A stretch of DNA of 64,000 nucleotides from an uncultured Gemmatimonadales bacterium (GTDB taxonomy: Bacteria; Gemmatimonadota; Gemmatimonadetes; Gemmatimonadales; Gemmatimonadaceae): positions 2,400,001-2,464,000 of the forward strand of contig OY969695.1 of NCBI GenBank assembly GCA_963701965.1. The letters are read 5' to 3'. Positions within the stretch are counted from its first letter, which is position 1, and the number at the start of each line of letters is the position of its first letter. The notes under the pieces are model-generated. The model was given only the letters and a program-made list of their open reading frames with translations, had not been told where the DNA came from and searched no databases. This document shows positions 18,639 to 29,515 of the stretch, piece by piece. The position numbers were made by a program, and so were the translations under genes.

Positions 18639-19982
18639 ATGAAGCTCTGGTCTATTTTTGCGCTGTCCCTCGCTGCCGCGACCCCAGCGCTCGCGCAGAA
18701 CGTCACCGCGCGCGCCATGCAGGATACGATCCCGCCGGACACGACGTTCAACTATGCGGCGATCATGACGATCAATCAGGTCGTCGATTCGTCGATCAAA
18801 TACAGCCCCCTGGTGGAGCAAGCCCGGGGCAACGTGCGCACGGGCTTGTCCCAACAGCGGGTCGCGTACGGCGCGTTCTTGCCGAGCGTGACGTTCAACG
18901 CCAACGCGCTGCAGACGAGCAACAAGAATGCGCCGGGAATCATTCCGGGCGCGCCCGCCCTCCAGTACGCGCCCAACAACTACGTGGCGGGGTTCTCGGC
19001 GGCCTACGACGTATTCACGGGCGGCCGCCGGCCGTCCGAGATCGCCGCCGCCAAAGCCACGACCCACGCCGCCGACGCCGCGCTCGTGGAGCAAAAGTAC
19101 GGGCTCGTCCTGACGGCCAAGACGTCGGCCTATGGCGTCTTGCGGGCGCACGACCTCGTGAACGTGTCGGTGACGCGGATCCAAACCGCCACCCGCGCCC
19201 TCGAATATGCCAGCGCGCAGCTGCGGGCGGGCACCGCCACGCGGGCCGATGTGCTGCAGGCGCAGTTCGCCGTGGAGACGGCGCGCCAACAGCTGATCGC
19301 GTCCCAGGACACGCTGGTCAACTACGCCTATGGCCTGGGTCGCCTGGTCGGTGTGGACGGCGCGGTCGGCATCACCGGTATCGACTCGACGCTGAACTAT
19401 CAACTGGCGCTGTCGGATTCGGCGATCATCTCGCTCGCGGTCAACGGCTCGCCGACCGTCGTCGCCGCCGATCAGACCGCGCGCGCCAACAACGCGCTGC
19501 TCAACGCTGCGCGCACCGAGTACGTGCCGACGATCACGCTCTCCGGCGAGTACAACTGGGCCAATAATTCGCTGACGATCGGCAGCGTGCGCCAGGGCTG
19601 GCTGGTGGAGCTGGGCACGGCCTTCCCGCTGTTCAACGGATTTCTCCGCGAAGACGACGTGACGCGGGCCCAAGTGGGCCGGGACGTCTCCCGGTCGCAG
19701 GCGTCCGATACGCATCGCTTTGCCCGGTCGCAGGCCGAGGTGCTGCTGGCCAATCTCCGACTGGCGCAGCAGAGCATCGACGCCGCCAACAACGAAGTCG
19801 ATGCCGCCGCCGAGAACCTCCGGGTCATGTTCTCACGGTACCGGAACGGCGTCGCGACGTTCCTGGACCTCACTACGGCCCAGCTCAACGACGCCCAGGC
19901 CCGCACGGATCTCGTGACCGCGCGCTACAACTACTTCACGACCCGCGTGTCCTTGGAAGCGCTGCTCGGCCGCTCGTTGTAA
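18639..19982 (+). CDS. TolC-family outer membrane efflux protein
   Basis: Signal peptide; AFLPSVTF, GTATRADVLQAQ, YRNGVATFLDL repeats. Confidence 0.9.
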   Translation: MKLWSIFALSLAAATPALAQNVTARAMQDTIPPDTTFNYAAIMTINQVVDSSIKYSPLVEQARGNVRTGLSQQRVAYGAFLPSVTFNANALQTSNKNAPGIIPGAPALQYAPNNYVAGFSAAYDVFTGGRRPSEIAAAKATTHAADAALVEQKYGLVLTAKTSAYGVLRAHDLVNVSVTRIQTATRALEYASAQLRAGTATRADVLQAQFAVETARQQLIASQDTLVNYAYGLGRLVGVDGAVGITGIDSTLNYQLALSDSAIISLAVNGSPTVVAADQTARANNALLNAARTEYVPTITLSGEYNWANNSLTIGSVRQGWLVELGTAFPLFNGFLREDDVTRAQVGRDVSRSQASDTHRFARSQAEVLLANLRLAQQSIDAANNEVDAAAENLRVMFSRYRNGVATFLDLTTAQLNDAQARTDLVTARYNYFTTRVSLEALLGRSL

Positions 19983-19994
19983 GCGCCGCCCGCG

Positions 19995-22298
19995 CTAGTC
20001 TGCCTCGCCCACGACCGGCACCACGTGCGGCAACTCGGCCGCACCGAGAGGACGCCGCCACCCATCACCAGGCCACCAATTCCAGCGCCCGGCCAAGCGC
20101 AACACGGCCGGGCCAATCGCCAGACGCACGATCGTGGCGTCGATCAGTACCGCGACCGCCAGCGCGAAACCCAGCACCTTGATGAGCAGGAAGTCGCCGA
20201 GCGTGAACGATGCGAAGACGACGATCATGACGGCCGCGGCGCTGGTAATGACCCCGGCGGTGCGCGCGACGCCCTCGGCGAGCGCGTCCTCGACGTCCAC
20301 GCCGGAACGGTTGGACTCGGCCACGCGCGCGACGAGGAACACCTCGTAGTCCATGCTCAGACCGAACACCAGGCAGAACACGATGACCGGGACGGCGGGG
20401 AACAGCGCATCGACCGGAGCGGCCAGCCCCACCAGCGACGCCAGATGCCCGTCCTGGAACACCAACACCGTGGCGCCAAACGCGGCGCCCACGGACACCA
20501 GATTGAGCGCGATCGCTTTGATCGGAATCAGCACCGACCGAAACCCAATGAGCAGCGCCACGAACGTCCCGCCAACGACGAGCAACACGACGGACTTCAT
20601 GTGACCGGCGATGGCGTCCTGGTAGTCGGTGTTCTGCGCGGGGAGTCCGCCGACGCGGATGGACGCGCCCGCGAGTCCCGTCAGCTGCGCCGGATCGGTC
20701 GCCCGCAGCTCATGAATGAATTCGGTCAACTGGGCCGGCGTCGCCGACTCTTTCGGGATGATCTCGATCGCCGCCGCCCGGTGGTCGCGACTCACGAAGG
20801 AGTGAATGAGATCGACCGGCACCAGACCCAACAACGTGGGGCTCGGATGCTCGGCGTGCAGGATCGTGGGCAGCGAACGAGTACGCGCGACCTCGGGGCG
20901 TTTCTCGATGGCCAACGTGAGCCGCCGCGTCGCCTGCCAACCGGCCTCGGTCAGCGGGCCGGAGCCCAATGGCAGCTCCAGCAGCACGTGCGTGTGCTCG
21001 ACAATGCCCATCTTCCCCATATCGCGCATGGCGCGGATCGCCCACGCCGATTCCATCGACTGCGGCAGCCATTCCTCACCGGTCGGCAGTTGGTCGCGCA
21101 ACCGCCGGCTCTGTCCCACCAGCATGGTCAGGGGGATGCCGCAGACGATCAATACCCGCAGCGGATGCGAAGCGACCCACGCGCCCCAGCGACGCCAGCG
21201 ATCCGCGCGCTGATCCGCGTTCCGCATGTGTAGCAAGCTGAAGCGATTGACCCAGGGACCGAGCCAGGCCAACAAGCCCGGCAGTAGCGTCGTCGCCAAG
21301 AGCGCCGAGAAGATAACAGTCAGGAGCCCGCCGATCCCAATCGACCGGAGGTCGCCGATCGGGATCATGATCAGCGCCACGAAGCCTATGGCGACCGCCG
21401 CCCCCGAGATGACGATCGTATGCCCGGCGTGCTGCACCGCATCGATCGCTGCCTCGTCCGCGGTGCGCCCCGCCGCCAGCGCCTCCCGAAACCGGCTGAC
21501 CGTCAACAACGCGTAGTCGACCCCGATACCCAACCCCAGCATCGTGATCACGTTTTGCGACAACACCGACAGCGGCCAGATGAGGCTCACCAGCGCTGAG
21601 GCGCCCAGGCTCAGCCCGATGGCGAGCGCCCCGGCGACCGCCGGGAGCAGCGCGGCGACCAGGGAGCCGAACACGACGACGAGCAGCACGATCGTGATCG
21701 GCAGTACGCGCCGCTCGGCGGTCCGGGCATCGGCGGCGCTCGCCGCCCGCACGTCATAGTTGAACGGCGCGTCGCCCGTCCAACCCATGGCGATCCCCGG
21801 AAACTGCCCGGCGAGCGACTGCTGCAACGCCGTGCTGGCGCGCCGCATCGCGGGGATGTAGTCCTGCGCCGGGTTCCCCACCTTGTCGAGCCCCACGACG
21901 ACGAACGTGCCGCGCGGCGACAGAAACGCCGAGTCCGGGGTGGAGGCGTAGGAGAGGACGCGGCGGACGCCGGGCAGCGTGTCGAGGACACTCACGATAC
22001 GGCGGAGCGCCACCTTTCCTTCGGGCGTCGCCGGCGACGCGATGCGCGAGATCACGAGGACCGCGAACGACGCGTACGGCGCGTCGAATCGGCTCGACAA
22101 AATGCGCTCGACGACGCCGGCCTCGCGGTCGTTCGCCCGCGACGCACTTCCGTTCATCCGATCGCCGGCGGTCCGCGCCCAGGGGATCAAGAGAGCGGCA
22201 GCGAGGACCCAGAGGGCGGCGATCACGCCGCGATGGCGTACGATCGCACGCGGAAGCATATGGCTTTTCAAGTTAGACCCCGCGGCCAACCGACTCAA
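19995..22298 (-). CDS. MMPL-family (RND superfamily) transporter
   Basis: GLGIGVDYALL..RFRE, FGLSMDYEVFL, TAGVITSAA, RWNWWP; start TTG 22298 or ATG 22259. Confidence 0.9.
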   Translation of the reverse strand: MSRLAAGSNLKSHMLPRAIVRHRGVIAALWVLAAALLIPWARTAGDRMNGSASRANDREAGVVERILSSRFDAPYASFAVLVISRIASPATPEGKVALRRIVSVLDTLPGVRRVLSYASTPDSAFLSPRGTFVVVGLDKVGNPAQDYIPAMRRASTALQQSLAGQFPGIAMGWTGDAPFNYDVRAASAADARTAERRVLPITIVLLVVVFGSLVAALLPAVAGALAIGLSLGASALVSLIWPLSVLSQNVITMLGLGIGVDYALLTVSRFREALAAGRTADEAAIDAVQHAGHTIVISGAAVAIGFVALIMIPIGDLRSIGIGGLLTVIFSALLATTLLPGLLAWLGPWVNRFSLLHMRNADQRADRWRRWGAWVASHPLRVLIVCGIPLTMLVGQSRRLRDQLPTGEEWLPQSMESAWAIRAMRDMGKMGIVEHTHVLLELPLGSGPLTEAGWQATRRLTLAIEKRPEVARTRSLPTILHAEHPSPTLLGLVPVDLIHSFVSRDHRAAAIEIIPKESATPAQLTEFIHELRATDPAQLTGLAGASIRVGGLPAQNTDYQDAIAGHMKSVVLLVVGGTFVALLIGFRSVLIPIKAIALNLVSVGAAFGATVLVFQDGHLASLVGLAAPVDALFPAVPVIVFCLVFGLSMDYEVFLVARVAESNRSGVDVEDALAEGVARTAGVITSAAAVMIVVFASFTLGDFLLIKVLGFALAVAVLIDATIVRLAIGPAVLRLAGRWNWWPGDGWRRPLGAAELPHVVPVVGEAD

Positions 22299-23350
22299 GC
22301 GCCGGGGCCGAGCATACGCGCGAGCGCCTCACGCACGGGTTCCACGGGGAGCGACGCGAGCTCGCCGGTCGGCGCCGACAACTCGTGTCCGGCCGTGCCA
22401 TACAGTCCCCAGACGTGCGCGCGATTGCGGATGAAGAGCACGACGGCGGGTTTGCCGAACGCGCTCGCCGCGTGGGCGATGGCGGTGTCGGGCGTGAAGA
22501 CGTAGTCCGCCGTCGCCACCAGCGCCAAGGCGTCCCTGACCGCACCCGTTGCCTCGAACACGACGCCGGTTGCCGCGGCGAGGCGCCGGGCCACATCGGC
22601 ATCACTCGGCGCCGCGATCAGCGCGATATCGAGATCGCTCCGCGCACGGAGCAGAGTCAGAATTTCGGCGAAACGAGCCTCCGGCCAGCGGCGCGCGGGC
22701 CGGCTCGCCGAGATGTTCACCAAGAGCCTGCGGGTCACGCCGCGCGGGCGCCAGCGCGCCTCGGCGCGTGCACGCTCGGCGGGAGTCAAAAAGAGCTCGG
22801 GTCGCCAGTCGGTCTTGGCGTGATCCACGCCGAACGGAATGGCCAGGGCACCGAGGTGCTCGACGTAGTGCCCGGCCGCGACCGGCCGCGGCACGGGGTC
22901 GGTCAGCGCGTCATCGATCCCCCGTCCCGCGAGACCCACCCGATGCCGCGCGCGACTGGCCAACATCATCGCCAGCGTCGTGGTCGACGGCGAGAAAACC
23001 TGACAGTCCAGTATGGCGTCGTATGGCGTGCGCCGGATCCGCCGGAACGCGCTCAGGTACGTCAGGGGCCGGCGACGGTCAGCGACGATGACGGACGAGA
23101 CGTAGGGGTTGCCGGCGAGGACCGGCGCGTTCTCCGGCGAGGCCAGCACGTCGACCACCATGCCGGACCGCGACCGCGCCAAAGCACGGATGAGACCGGT
23201 AGATAAAATCATGTCTCCGATCCGGTCATAGCGGAGATACAGCACGCGCAGAGGCCCCGGCCCGAAACCAGAGGGTCGAGGCCAGCTCGCCCCCCAGCGC
23301 TCCAACACGCCCCGTATGCCCGCCTCCAATCGCCTCACGCGCATAGACAC
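22295..23350 (-). CDS. Glycosyltransferase family 9 (heptosyltransferase-like)
   Basis: RYDRIGDMIL, RRWPEARF, TPDTAIAHAASAFGKP. Confidence 0.9.
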   Translation of the reverse strand: MSMRVRRLEAGIRGVLERWGASWPRPSGFGPGPLRVLYLRYDRIGDMILSTGLIRALARSRSGMVVDVLASPENAPVLAGNPYVSSVIVADRRRPLTYLSAFRRIRRTPYDAILDCQVFSPSTTTLAMMLASRARHRVGLAGRGIDDALTDPVPRPVAAGHYVEHLGALAIPFGVDHAKTDWRPELFLTPAERARAEARWRPRGVTRRLLVNISASRPARRWPEARFAEILTLLRARSDLDIALIAAPSDADVARRLAAATGVVFEATGAVRDALALVATADYVFTPDTAIAHAASAFGKPAVVLFIRNRAHVWGLYGTAGHELSAPTGELASLPVEPVREALARMLGPGA

Positions 23351-23415
23351 CCTGCCATTCTGGCGCGCATTACGACACGCTTGCGGTTCGTACTCGGAGT
23401 GGGCTTCTTACATCC

Positions 23416-23733
23416 ATGCTGACGGAGACTGTGACCTACGGTGTGCTCGAGCCGAGCCCACGACTCTCGCGAGCGCGCGAGGCGGTGATGCGCGCGTTGG
23501 ACGCTTTTTCGGGGACGTGTGATGCGAACCGGGCGGAGCGCGGCGCGCGGTTGGCCGCAGCGCGCGAGGCGGTCGTGGCGTATACCCGGTGGATGCGAGA
23601 GCAAGGCGTGCCGTCGTCGACCGTCATCGCCCATGTCAAAGCGCTCGTGCGCGGTGCACCGAGCCGCGGCGTGCAGGTGCTGCGTGACGTACTCCCGCAG
23701 TGGACCATTTCCGCGTACTACCAGGCGGATTGA
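23416..23733 (+). CDS. Hypothetical protein
   Basis: Helical ORF REAVVAYTRWMREQGVPSSTVIAHVK...WTISAYY, divergent from GT9. Confidence 0.6.
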   Translation: MLTETVTYGVLEPSPRLSRAREAVMRALDAFSGTCDANRAERGARLAAAREAVVAYTRWMREQGVPSSTVIAHVKALVRGAPSRGVQVLRDVLPQWTISAYYQAD

Positions 23734-23936
23734 AAGACCCCAAGCCTGTCCCCCGGCGTCCCCGGGACCCGAACGCGACGCAGGACACCGAGCGGCTGCG
23801 GTTCGTGGCGCGGAACCACGGGATTTCGCTCGACCGGTTGCGCTCGGATATCGACAAGGCCATGAAAGTACAACGGCGCACCCGTGAGGTGCGCCTGCCA
23901 TTACACCCCGACGGCGACCACGGCGGCACCGAGTAG
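23700..23936 (+). CDS. Possible small hypothetical protein
   Basis: Fills the gap before glk but overlaps both neighbours. Confidence 0.35.
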   Translation: MDHFRVLPGGLKDPKPVPRRPRDPNATQDTERLRFVARNHGISLDRLRSDIDKAMKVQRRTREVRLPLHPDGDHGGTE

Positions 23937-24881
23937 CCCCACGAAGTCGTTCATGATGACGCGGACCGGGACGGACGAGAGGAGGGGGCTCATGCGGCCT
24001 TTGGCCGCGAACGATCGGAGGAAGTCCCCGGACCGGAGCAGCGGCACGATGCGCCGCGCAATGCCGCCCGCCAGATAGACGCCGCCGGTCGACAGCGTCA
24101 TGAGCGCGACGTTACCGGCCTGCGACCCATAGATCGACGCGAAGATGTCGACGGCGGTCATGCACGCCTGGTCGGTGCCCGCGATCGCCTGGTTCGTGAT
24201 GACCGCCGCGGGCGTCTCGCGCTCCATAGCGGCCGTCACGGCCGGTTGCGCGGGCGCGAGGCCGCACTCGACCACGTAGTGATACGTCGAGACGAGCCCG
24301 GCGCCCGACAGCACCCGCTCGTACGAGACGTGACCGCCGTACCGGGCGACGAGGTATTTGGCGAGGCCCCACTCCACATCGGTGCGCGCGGCCAGCGTCG
24401 CGTGGCCTCCCTCGGACGGGACGATGCGCGTCCGCCCGCCGTCCCGCAGGACGAGGCCTTGGCCGAGACCAGTCCCGGCGCCGAGGACCGCGATGGGCCC
24501 ATCAGGGGCGGGCAGACCGACCTGCAGCGTTTCCACGTCGGTGGCCGCCAGGCGCGTCACGCCATATCCCACCGCGTCGAAATCGTTGATGAGCGTCGTG
24601 CGCGGGACGTCGATCTCTGCCGCCAACGCCCGTCCGTGCACGACCCACGGGAGGTTCGACGTCTTGATGTCGCCATCTACCACCGGCCCGGCGACGGCAA
24701 AACAGGCAGCGGAGAGATCGTCGGTGTACGTCCGCCGGAATTCGGTGACGATCGCGCCGAGGCCGTCGTACTTGGCGCTCGGGTAGATCTGTTCGTGGAC
24801 GCGCGAGAGGCCCTGGCCCTCGAACGCGAACACGGCGAGCCGGGCATTCGTCCCCCCAATGTCGCCGGCCAGCACCTTCAC
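23901..24881 (-). CDS. glk: Glucokinase
   Basis: LAGDIGGTNARL, LINDF, GAGTGLG, PSEGGH, YERVLSGAGL, FAAKGRM. Confidence 0.95.
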   Translation of the reverse strand: MKVLAGDIGGTNARLAVFAFEGQGLSRVHEQIYPSAKYDGLGAIVTEFRRTYTDDLSAACFAVAGPVVDGDIKTSNLPWVVHGRALAAEIDVPRTTLINDFDAVGYGVTRLAATDVETLQVGLPAPDGPIAVLGAGTGLGQGLVLRDGGRTRIVPSEGGHATLAARTDVEWGLAKYLVARYGGHVSYERVLSGAGLVSTYHYVVECGLAPAQPAVTAAMERETPAAVITNQAIAGTDQACMTAVDIFASIYGSQAGNVALMTLSTGGVYLAGGIARRIVPLLRSGDFLRSFAAKGRMSPLLSSVPVRVIMNDFVGLLGAAVVAVGV

Positions 24882-26212
24882 TGCTGCGGCGAGCCCGGGA
24901 ATCCCTCGATGACTTGCGGCGGCGGCCGGAACTTGGACACGACGGGCTTGCTCACCGGTTTGTCCCCCGATGGTGGGCCCTCCTGGTCGAGCACTTTGGC
25001 GTGCACGTGTTGGCCATCGCGCAGGTTGTCGGACGGTTGGTTGATCACCAGATCCCCCTCGTTGAGGCCGTCGACGACCTCCATGACCGTTCCATAATCG
25101 CGACCGATACGGAGCGTGCGAAAGTGGGCGGCCGAGTCGTTACCGATGATCGCGACCTGGGCTCCCGCCGTCCGGAAGATCAAGGCCGTACTGGGCATGA
25201 GGATCGGCGGCGTGGCCCGGACGAAACTGAAGTGGACCTGGACGTACATGCCCGGCAGCAGGGACCGGTGCACGTTCGGCACGTCGACCTCGGTCAGGAG
25301 CGTCCGCGACGCCGCGTCGACCGCGTCGGCGCTGCGGACGACCCGCCCGGGGAACGTCTGGCCGGGCAGCTCCGCCGCTTCCAGCGCCGCGGGAACGCCG
25401 GAGCGAACGGCCGGGGCATACGACTGGGGCACGCCGACGTAGACCCGCATCGTATCGACCCGCGCGAGGTGAAACAACTCGCTGGGCATCCCGCCGGACC
25501 CGAGGACGGTATTTCCGCCGACGCCGCCCGCGATCGCCGTGTTCGTGGTGCCGTTCGCCGTAATGAAGGATCCGTCGTCGACGTTGCGTGCCGTGATGAC
25601 GCCGTCGAACGGCGCCGACACGTGTTCGTAGGCGACGAGGGTCTCCATCCGCGACACGTTGTCGTCCGCCGCTTTGGTGTTGGCCACGGCCGCATCGTAC
25701 GCGGTCCGCTTCTGATCGTACTCGTCCGCGGTGACGACGCTGTCCTTGATGAGCTCCGCCCACCGGTCGACCTGCGACTTGGCCAGGGCCAGGGCGGCGC
25801 GGGTGTTGGCCGCGTTGGCTTTGGCTTGACTGAGCTGCTGGTCGAGATCGGGCGCGTCGATGGTGGCCAACAACTGTCCGGCTTTCACCCGTTGCCCGAT
25901 ATCCGCGTACCAGTGGCGGACATACCCGGTGGACCGCGCGAAGATCGCGGCGTCGTGGTACGCCTGCATGGTGCCAGGCAGGAGGAGATCGGAGGCGTTG
26001 GCGGCCCGGGCGACGCGCACCACCGTGACCTGGGGGTCGGTCGTGGCGGCCGCCACCGCGTGCGCCCGGTTCTCGAGGAGGAGCCGTTGCTGCCGGCGGG
26101 GTACGGACCCGACCAGGAGCAGGATCAGCAACGTCGCCATCACGATGATGGTCCCGATGACGATGGACCGCCGCGAGAGCGTCGGTTCCGGCGGCGCGGA
26201 CGTATCAGGCAT
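24878..26212 (-). CDS. RND efflux periplasmic adaptor (MFP)
   Basis: N-terminal TM, ARSTGYV, APFDGVIT, LLPGMY. Confidence 0.92.
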   Translation of the reverse strand: MPDTSAPPEPTLSRRSIVIGTIIVMATLLILLLVGSVPRRQQRLLLENRAHAVAAATTDPQVTVVRVARAANASDLLLPGTMQAYHDAAIFARSTGYVRHWYADIGQRVKAGQLLATIDAPDLDQQLSQAKANAANTRAALALAKSQVDRWAELIKDSVVTADEYDQKRTAYDAAVANTKAADDNVSRMETLVAYEHVSAPFDGVITARNVDDGSFITANGTTNTAIAGGVGGNTVLGSGGMPSELFHLARVDTMRVYVGVPQSYAPAVRSGVPAALEAAELPGQTFPGRVVRSADAVDAASRTLLTEVDVPNVHRSLLPGMYVQVHFSFVRATPPILMPSTALIFRTAGAQVAIIGNDSAAHFRTLRIGRDYGTVMEVVDGLNEGDLVINQPSDNLRDGQHVHAKVLDQEGPPSGDKPVSKPVVSKFRPPPQVIEGFPGSPQQ

Positions 26213-29200
26213 GGTGCACGGCGAATTGCTCGGCGATGGGCGTGGCTTCGGGCAGCTCGACTTCCTCGAGCGGCTCGCTCTTCCGGATGGCGGCGTAGAT
26301 CACCGGCACGACGACCAGTGTGTAGATGCTGGCGACCAGCAGCCCGCCGATGACGGCGCGGCCCAGCGGGGCGTTCTGTTCGCCGCCCTCGGTAAGGGCC
26401 AGCGCCATTGGGACCATGCCGATGATCATGGCCAGAGCGGTCATGATCACGGGCCGGAGTCGTGTCACACCGGCCTCGATGGCCGCGCCGTCGGAGTCGA
26501 AGCCGCCCTTGCGGGCGTCGTCGGCGAACGTAATGAGCAGCACGCTATTGGACGTCGCGACGCCGAGGGACATGATCGTCCCCATGAGCGACGGGACGCT
26601 GAACGTCGTGCCCGTGACGAAGAGCGACCACAGGACGCCGGAGAGCGCACCGGGCAGCGCCATGACAATGACGAGCGGATCGAGCCAGGTCTGGAAGTTC
26701 ACGACGAGCAGGATGTACACCAGAATGAGCGCGGCGAAGATCCCGCCGATCAGCCCGGCGAACGAGGCCCGCATCTGCAGGACTTGCCCCCGCATGACGA
26801 TGCGCGAGCCCGTCGGGAGCTTGGTGTGGGCGATGATCGCGTCCACATCGTGGGCCACGCCGCCCAGGTCGCGGCCGGTGGCGCGGGCGTAGACGTCGAA
26901 CGCCGGTTGAATGTTGTAGTGGCTGATGCTCGCCGGCACCACGCGGCGCGTCGTCGTGGCCAGGTTGGCGAACAACTGCGTGGGGATGCCCCCGGCCGCC
27001 GCGGTCACCGGGGTCTGCGCGAGATCGTCGATCGAGTGAATCTTGTACTGCGGCGTTTGGACGCTGACGGTGTAGTTGACACCGTTGGTCGGATCCAGCC
27101 AGAAGTTGGGCGCCGAGGCGAAGCTCGAGCTGAGGGAGACCAGCAGCGCCGAGGCGACGTCGCGTTGCGTGAGACCGACGGTTTGGGCGCGGGCGCGATC
27201 GACATTGAAAAAGATTTCGGGCTCGTCGACGACCTGTCCCACCCGGACGTCGGATGCGCCGGGCAACTGGCGGATCTCATCGGCCAGGCGTTGCGCCACC
27301 ATATAGTTGCTGTCGCGCTGCCTGCCGACGATCTGGACATCGATCGGCGCCGCGAGCCCCTGGTTCAGGACCTGGGTGACGACGTCGGCCGGCTGATACC
27401 AGAATTGGTCGCCCGGAAACTCGCGGCCGAGCGAGTCGCGAAGCGATTGCTGATAATCGGCGGTCTTGCCGTGGCGCTTTTCGCTGAGGGTGACCAGGAT
27501 CTCGCCCTCGGACGGCCCGATGATCGAGAGGTCCCCCGTCGCCAGCGCCACGCCGCCGCCGGCCAACCCGATATTCGTGCGCATGAGCTCGATATCTTGG
27601 GGCGGGATCAGCCGGCGGATCGTCCGCTCGACCTCGCCGAACACCAGCTCGCTGGATTCGAGTCGCGTTCCGGCCGGCAGTCGCACGTGCAGCCGGAACT
27701 GCCCGGCGTCGACTGACGGGAAGAAGTCCTCGCCGATCCCCGGGATCAGAAGCAAGCTGGCGGCGACGAAGAGGAACGCCAGCGCCATGACGGGTGTGCG
27801 GTGCCGCATGGCCGCCCGGAGCACCAGCTCGTACTTGTGCTTGAACGCCTCGAATCGTTCCTCGACCCACGCGTTCATGCGCCACAGGCCGCCCGCGCGG
27901 CGCCGTTTTTCCAGGGAGACCTCTTCGCCGCCCTGGTACATCTCGACTTCGTCCTTGAGCATGTGGTGCACCATGGTCGGCACCAGCGTGCGGGACAACA
28001 AATACGACGCCAAAATGGCGAAGATCACGGCCAGCGCCAGCGGGCGGAACAGGGCTGACGCGGCGCCGCTCAGAAAGAAGATCGGGACGAACACGATGCA
28101 AATCGACACCGAGGCCATGAACGCTGGCGCCGCGACCTGGGAGGCCGCGTCGATGATCGACTGCAGGATGTTCTTCCCTTGGCCCATGTTGCGGTGGACG
28201 TTCTCGATCTCGACCGTGGCATCGTCGACGAGGATGCCGACCGCGAGGGCCAGGCCGCCGAGCGACTGAATGTTGATCGTCTCGCCGAGGGCGTAGAGGC
28301 AGATGATCGACGTCATGATGGAGAGCGGGATCGACGTCGCGACGATCACGGTGCTCTTCCAGCTGCCCAGGAAGAACAGGATCATGAGCGCGGTCAGACA
28401 GGCGGCGCTCGCCGCCTCGATGATCACGCCTTTGATGGCGTTCCGGACATAGGTCGACTGATCCTGAATGATGCTCAGATCGATCCCGGGCGGGATCACC
28501 TTTTGCGTGATCGGGAGCAGCGCGCGGATGTGATTGACGACATCGATGGTGGACGCTTTACCGAATTTGAGCACGTCGAGATAGGCGCCGCGGCGGCCGT
28601 TGATCCGCACGATGTTCGTCTGGACACCCTTGCCTTCGCGCACGTGCGCCACGTCGCGGATGTAGATCATCCGACCGGCGACCGCCTTGATCGGCGCGTC
28701 GTCCAGCTGCTCGACGATGTCCGGACTGGAGTTCAGGGCGATCTGGTACTCTTTGTCGCCCATCTTGGCGGTGCCCGCCGGCAGAATGATGTTCTGATTG
28801 CTGATAGCGACCGCGATGTCGTTCGGCGACAGGCCTTTCTGGTAGAGCAGAGTCGGATCGATGTCGACCATGACCTGTTTGGGCGGGCCGCCGAACACCG
28901 GCGGCAGATTGGCGCCCTGGGCGGTCACCAGCTGCGGTCGGACGAACTGGTTGCCAATGTCGTTCAGGTCCTGCTCGCCGAGCGTCGTGCTGGCGATGCC
29001 CACTTCCATGACGGCCACGTCCGTGGCGCTATACCGGATGATGTACGGCGGGGTCGTCCCGGGCGGCATCTGCCGCAAAATGGCCTGGCAAGTCCCCGCG
29101 ATCTGCGCGATCGCGGCCGAGACGTCGCCGCTGGGCTGTATGTAGACGCGAATGATCGCGATGCCGTCGAGAGAGACCGACTCGATGTGTTCGATATCGG

Positions 29201-29426
29201 CGACGCCGGTCGTGAATGCGCGCTCGGAGAGCGTCACCATCCGCCCCTCCATGTCGCGCGCCGGCAGCCCGCCGAACGACCACACGACGGACACGATCGG
29301 GATGTTCGTGGATGGGAAGATGTCCGTCGTCATCGACAGCGCGGCGAACGCGCCGAACAACATCATGATGATCGCGAGGCACGCGGTCGTGTACGGTCGC
29401 CGCAATGCCAGTCGGACTATCCACAT
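26205..29426 (-). CDS. RND efflux permease (AcrB/AcrD/AcrF family)
   Basis: GILVDDATVEIEN, RLRPVIMTALA, 1073 aa. Confidence 0.95.
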   Translation of the reverse strand: MWIVRLALRRPYTTACLAIIMMLFGAFAALSMTTDIFPSTNIPIVSVVWSFGGLPARDMEGRMVTLSERAFTTGVADIEHIESVSLDGIAIIRVYIQPSGDVSAAIAQIAGTCQAILRQMPPGTTPPYIIRYSATDVAVMEVGIASTTLGEQDLNDIGNQFVRPQLVTAQGANLPPVFGGPPKQVMVDIDPTLLYQKGLSPNDIAVAISNQNIILPAGTAKMGDKEYQIALNSSPDIVEQLDDAPIKAVAGRMIYIRDVAHVREGKGVQTNIVRINGRRGAYLDVLKFGKASTIDVVNHIRALLPITQKVIPPGIDLSIIQDQSTYVRNAIKGVIIEAASAACLTALMILFFLGSWKSTVIVATSIPLSIMTSIICLYALGETINIQSLGGLALAVGILVDDATVEIENVHRNMGQGKNILQSIIDAASQVAAPAFMASVSICIVFVPIFFLSGAASALFRPLALAVIFAILASYLLSRTLVPTMVHHMLKDEVEMYQGGEEVSLEKRRRAGGLWRMNAWVEERFEAFKHKYELVLRAAMRHRTPVMALAFLFVAASLLLIPGIGEDFFPSVDAGQFRLHVRLPAGTRLESSELVFGEVERTIRRLIPPQDIELMRTNIGLAGGGVALATGDLSIIGPSEGEILVTLSEKRHGKTADYQQSLRDSLGREFPGDQFWYQPADVVTQVLNQGLAAPIDVQIVGRQRDSNYMVAQRLADEIRQLPGASDVRVGQVVDEPEIFFNVDRARAQTVGLTQRDVASALLVSLSSSFASAPNFWLDPTNGVNYTVSVQTPQYKIHSIDDLAQTPVTAAAGGIPTQLFANLATTTRRVVPASISHYNIQPAFDVYARATGRDLGGVAHDVDAIIAHTKLPTGSRIVMRGQVLQMRASFAGLIGGIFAALILVYILLVVNFQTWLDPLVIVMALPGALSGVLWSLFVTGTTFSVPSLMGTIMSLGVATSNSVLLITFADDARKGGFDSDGAAIEAGVTRLRPVIMTALAMIIGMVPMALALTEGGEQNAPLGRAVIGGLLVASIYTLVVVPVIYAAIRKSEPLEEVELPEATPIAEQFAVHHA

Positions 29427-29515
29427 ATGCGCCTTTTACGCGGCGGCGGTCGGATTCGATGGCCGATCGCATAGACTGCGCCGCCAATGACTGGCGCGAT
29501 ACTGTCGCCTGCCGA

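Noticed and set aside
22286..22297. CCAACCGACTCA match to the linker of the palindromic element
   Set aside because: Only 12 bp with no flanking hairpins; may be chance
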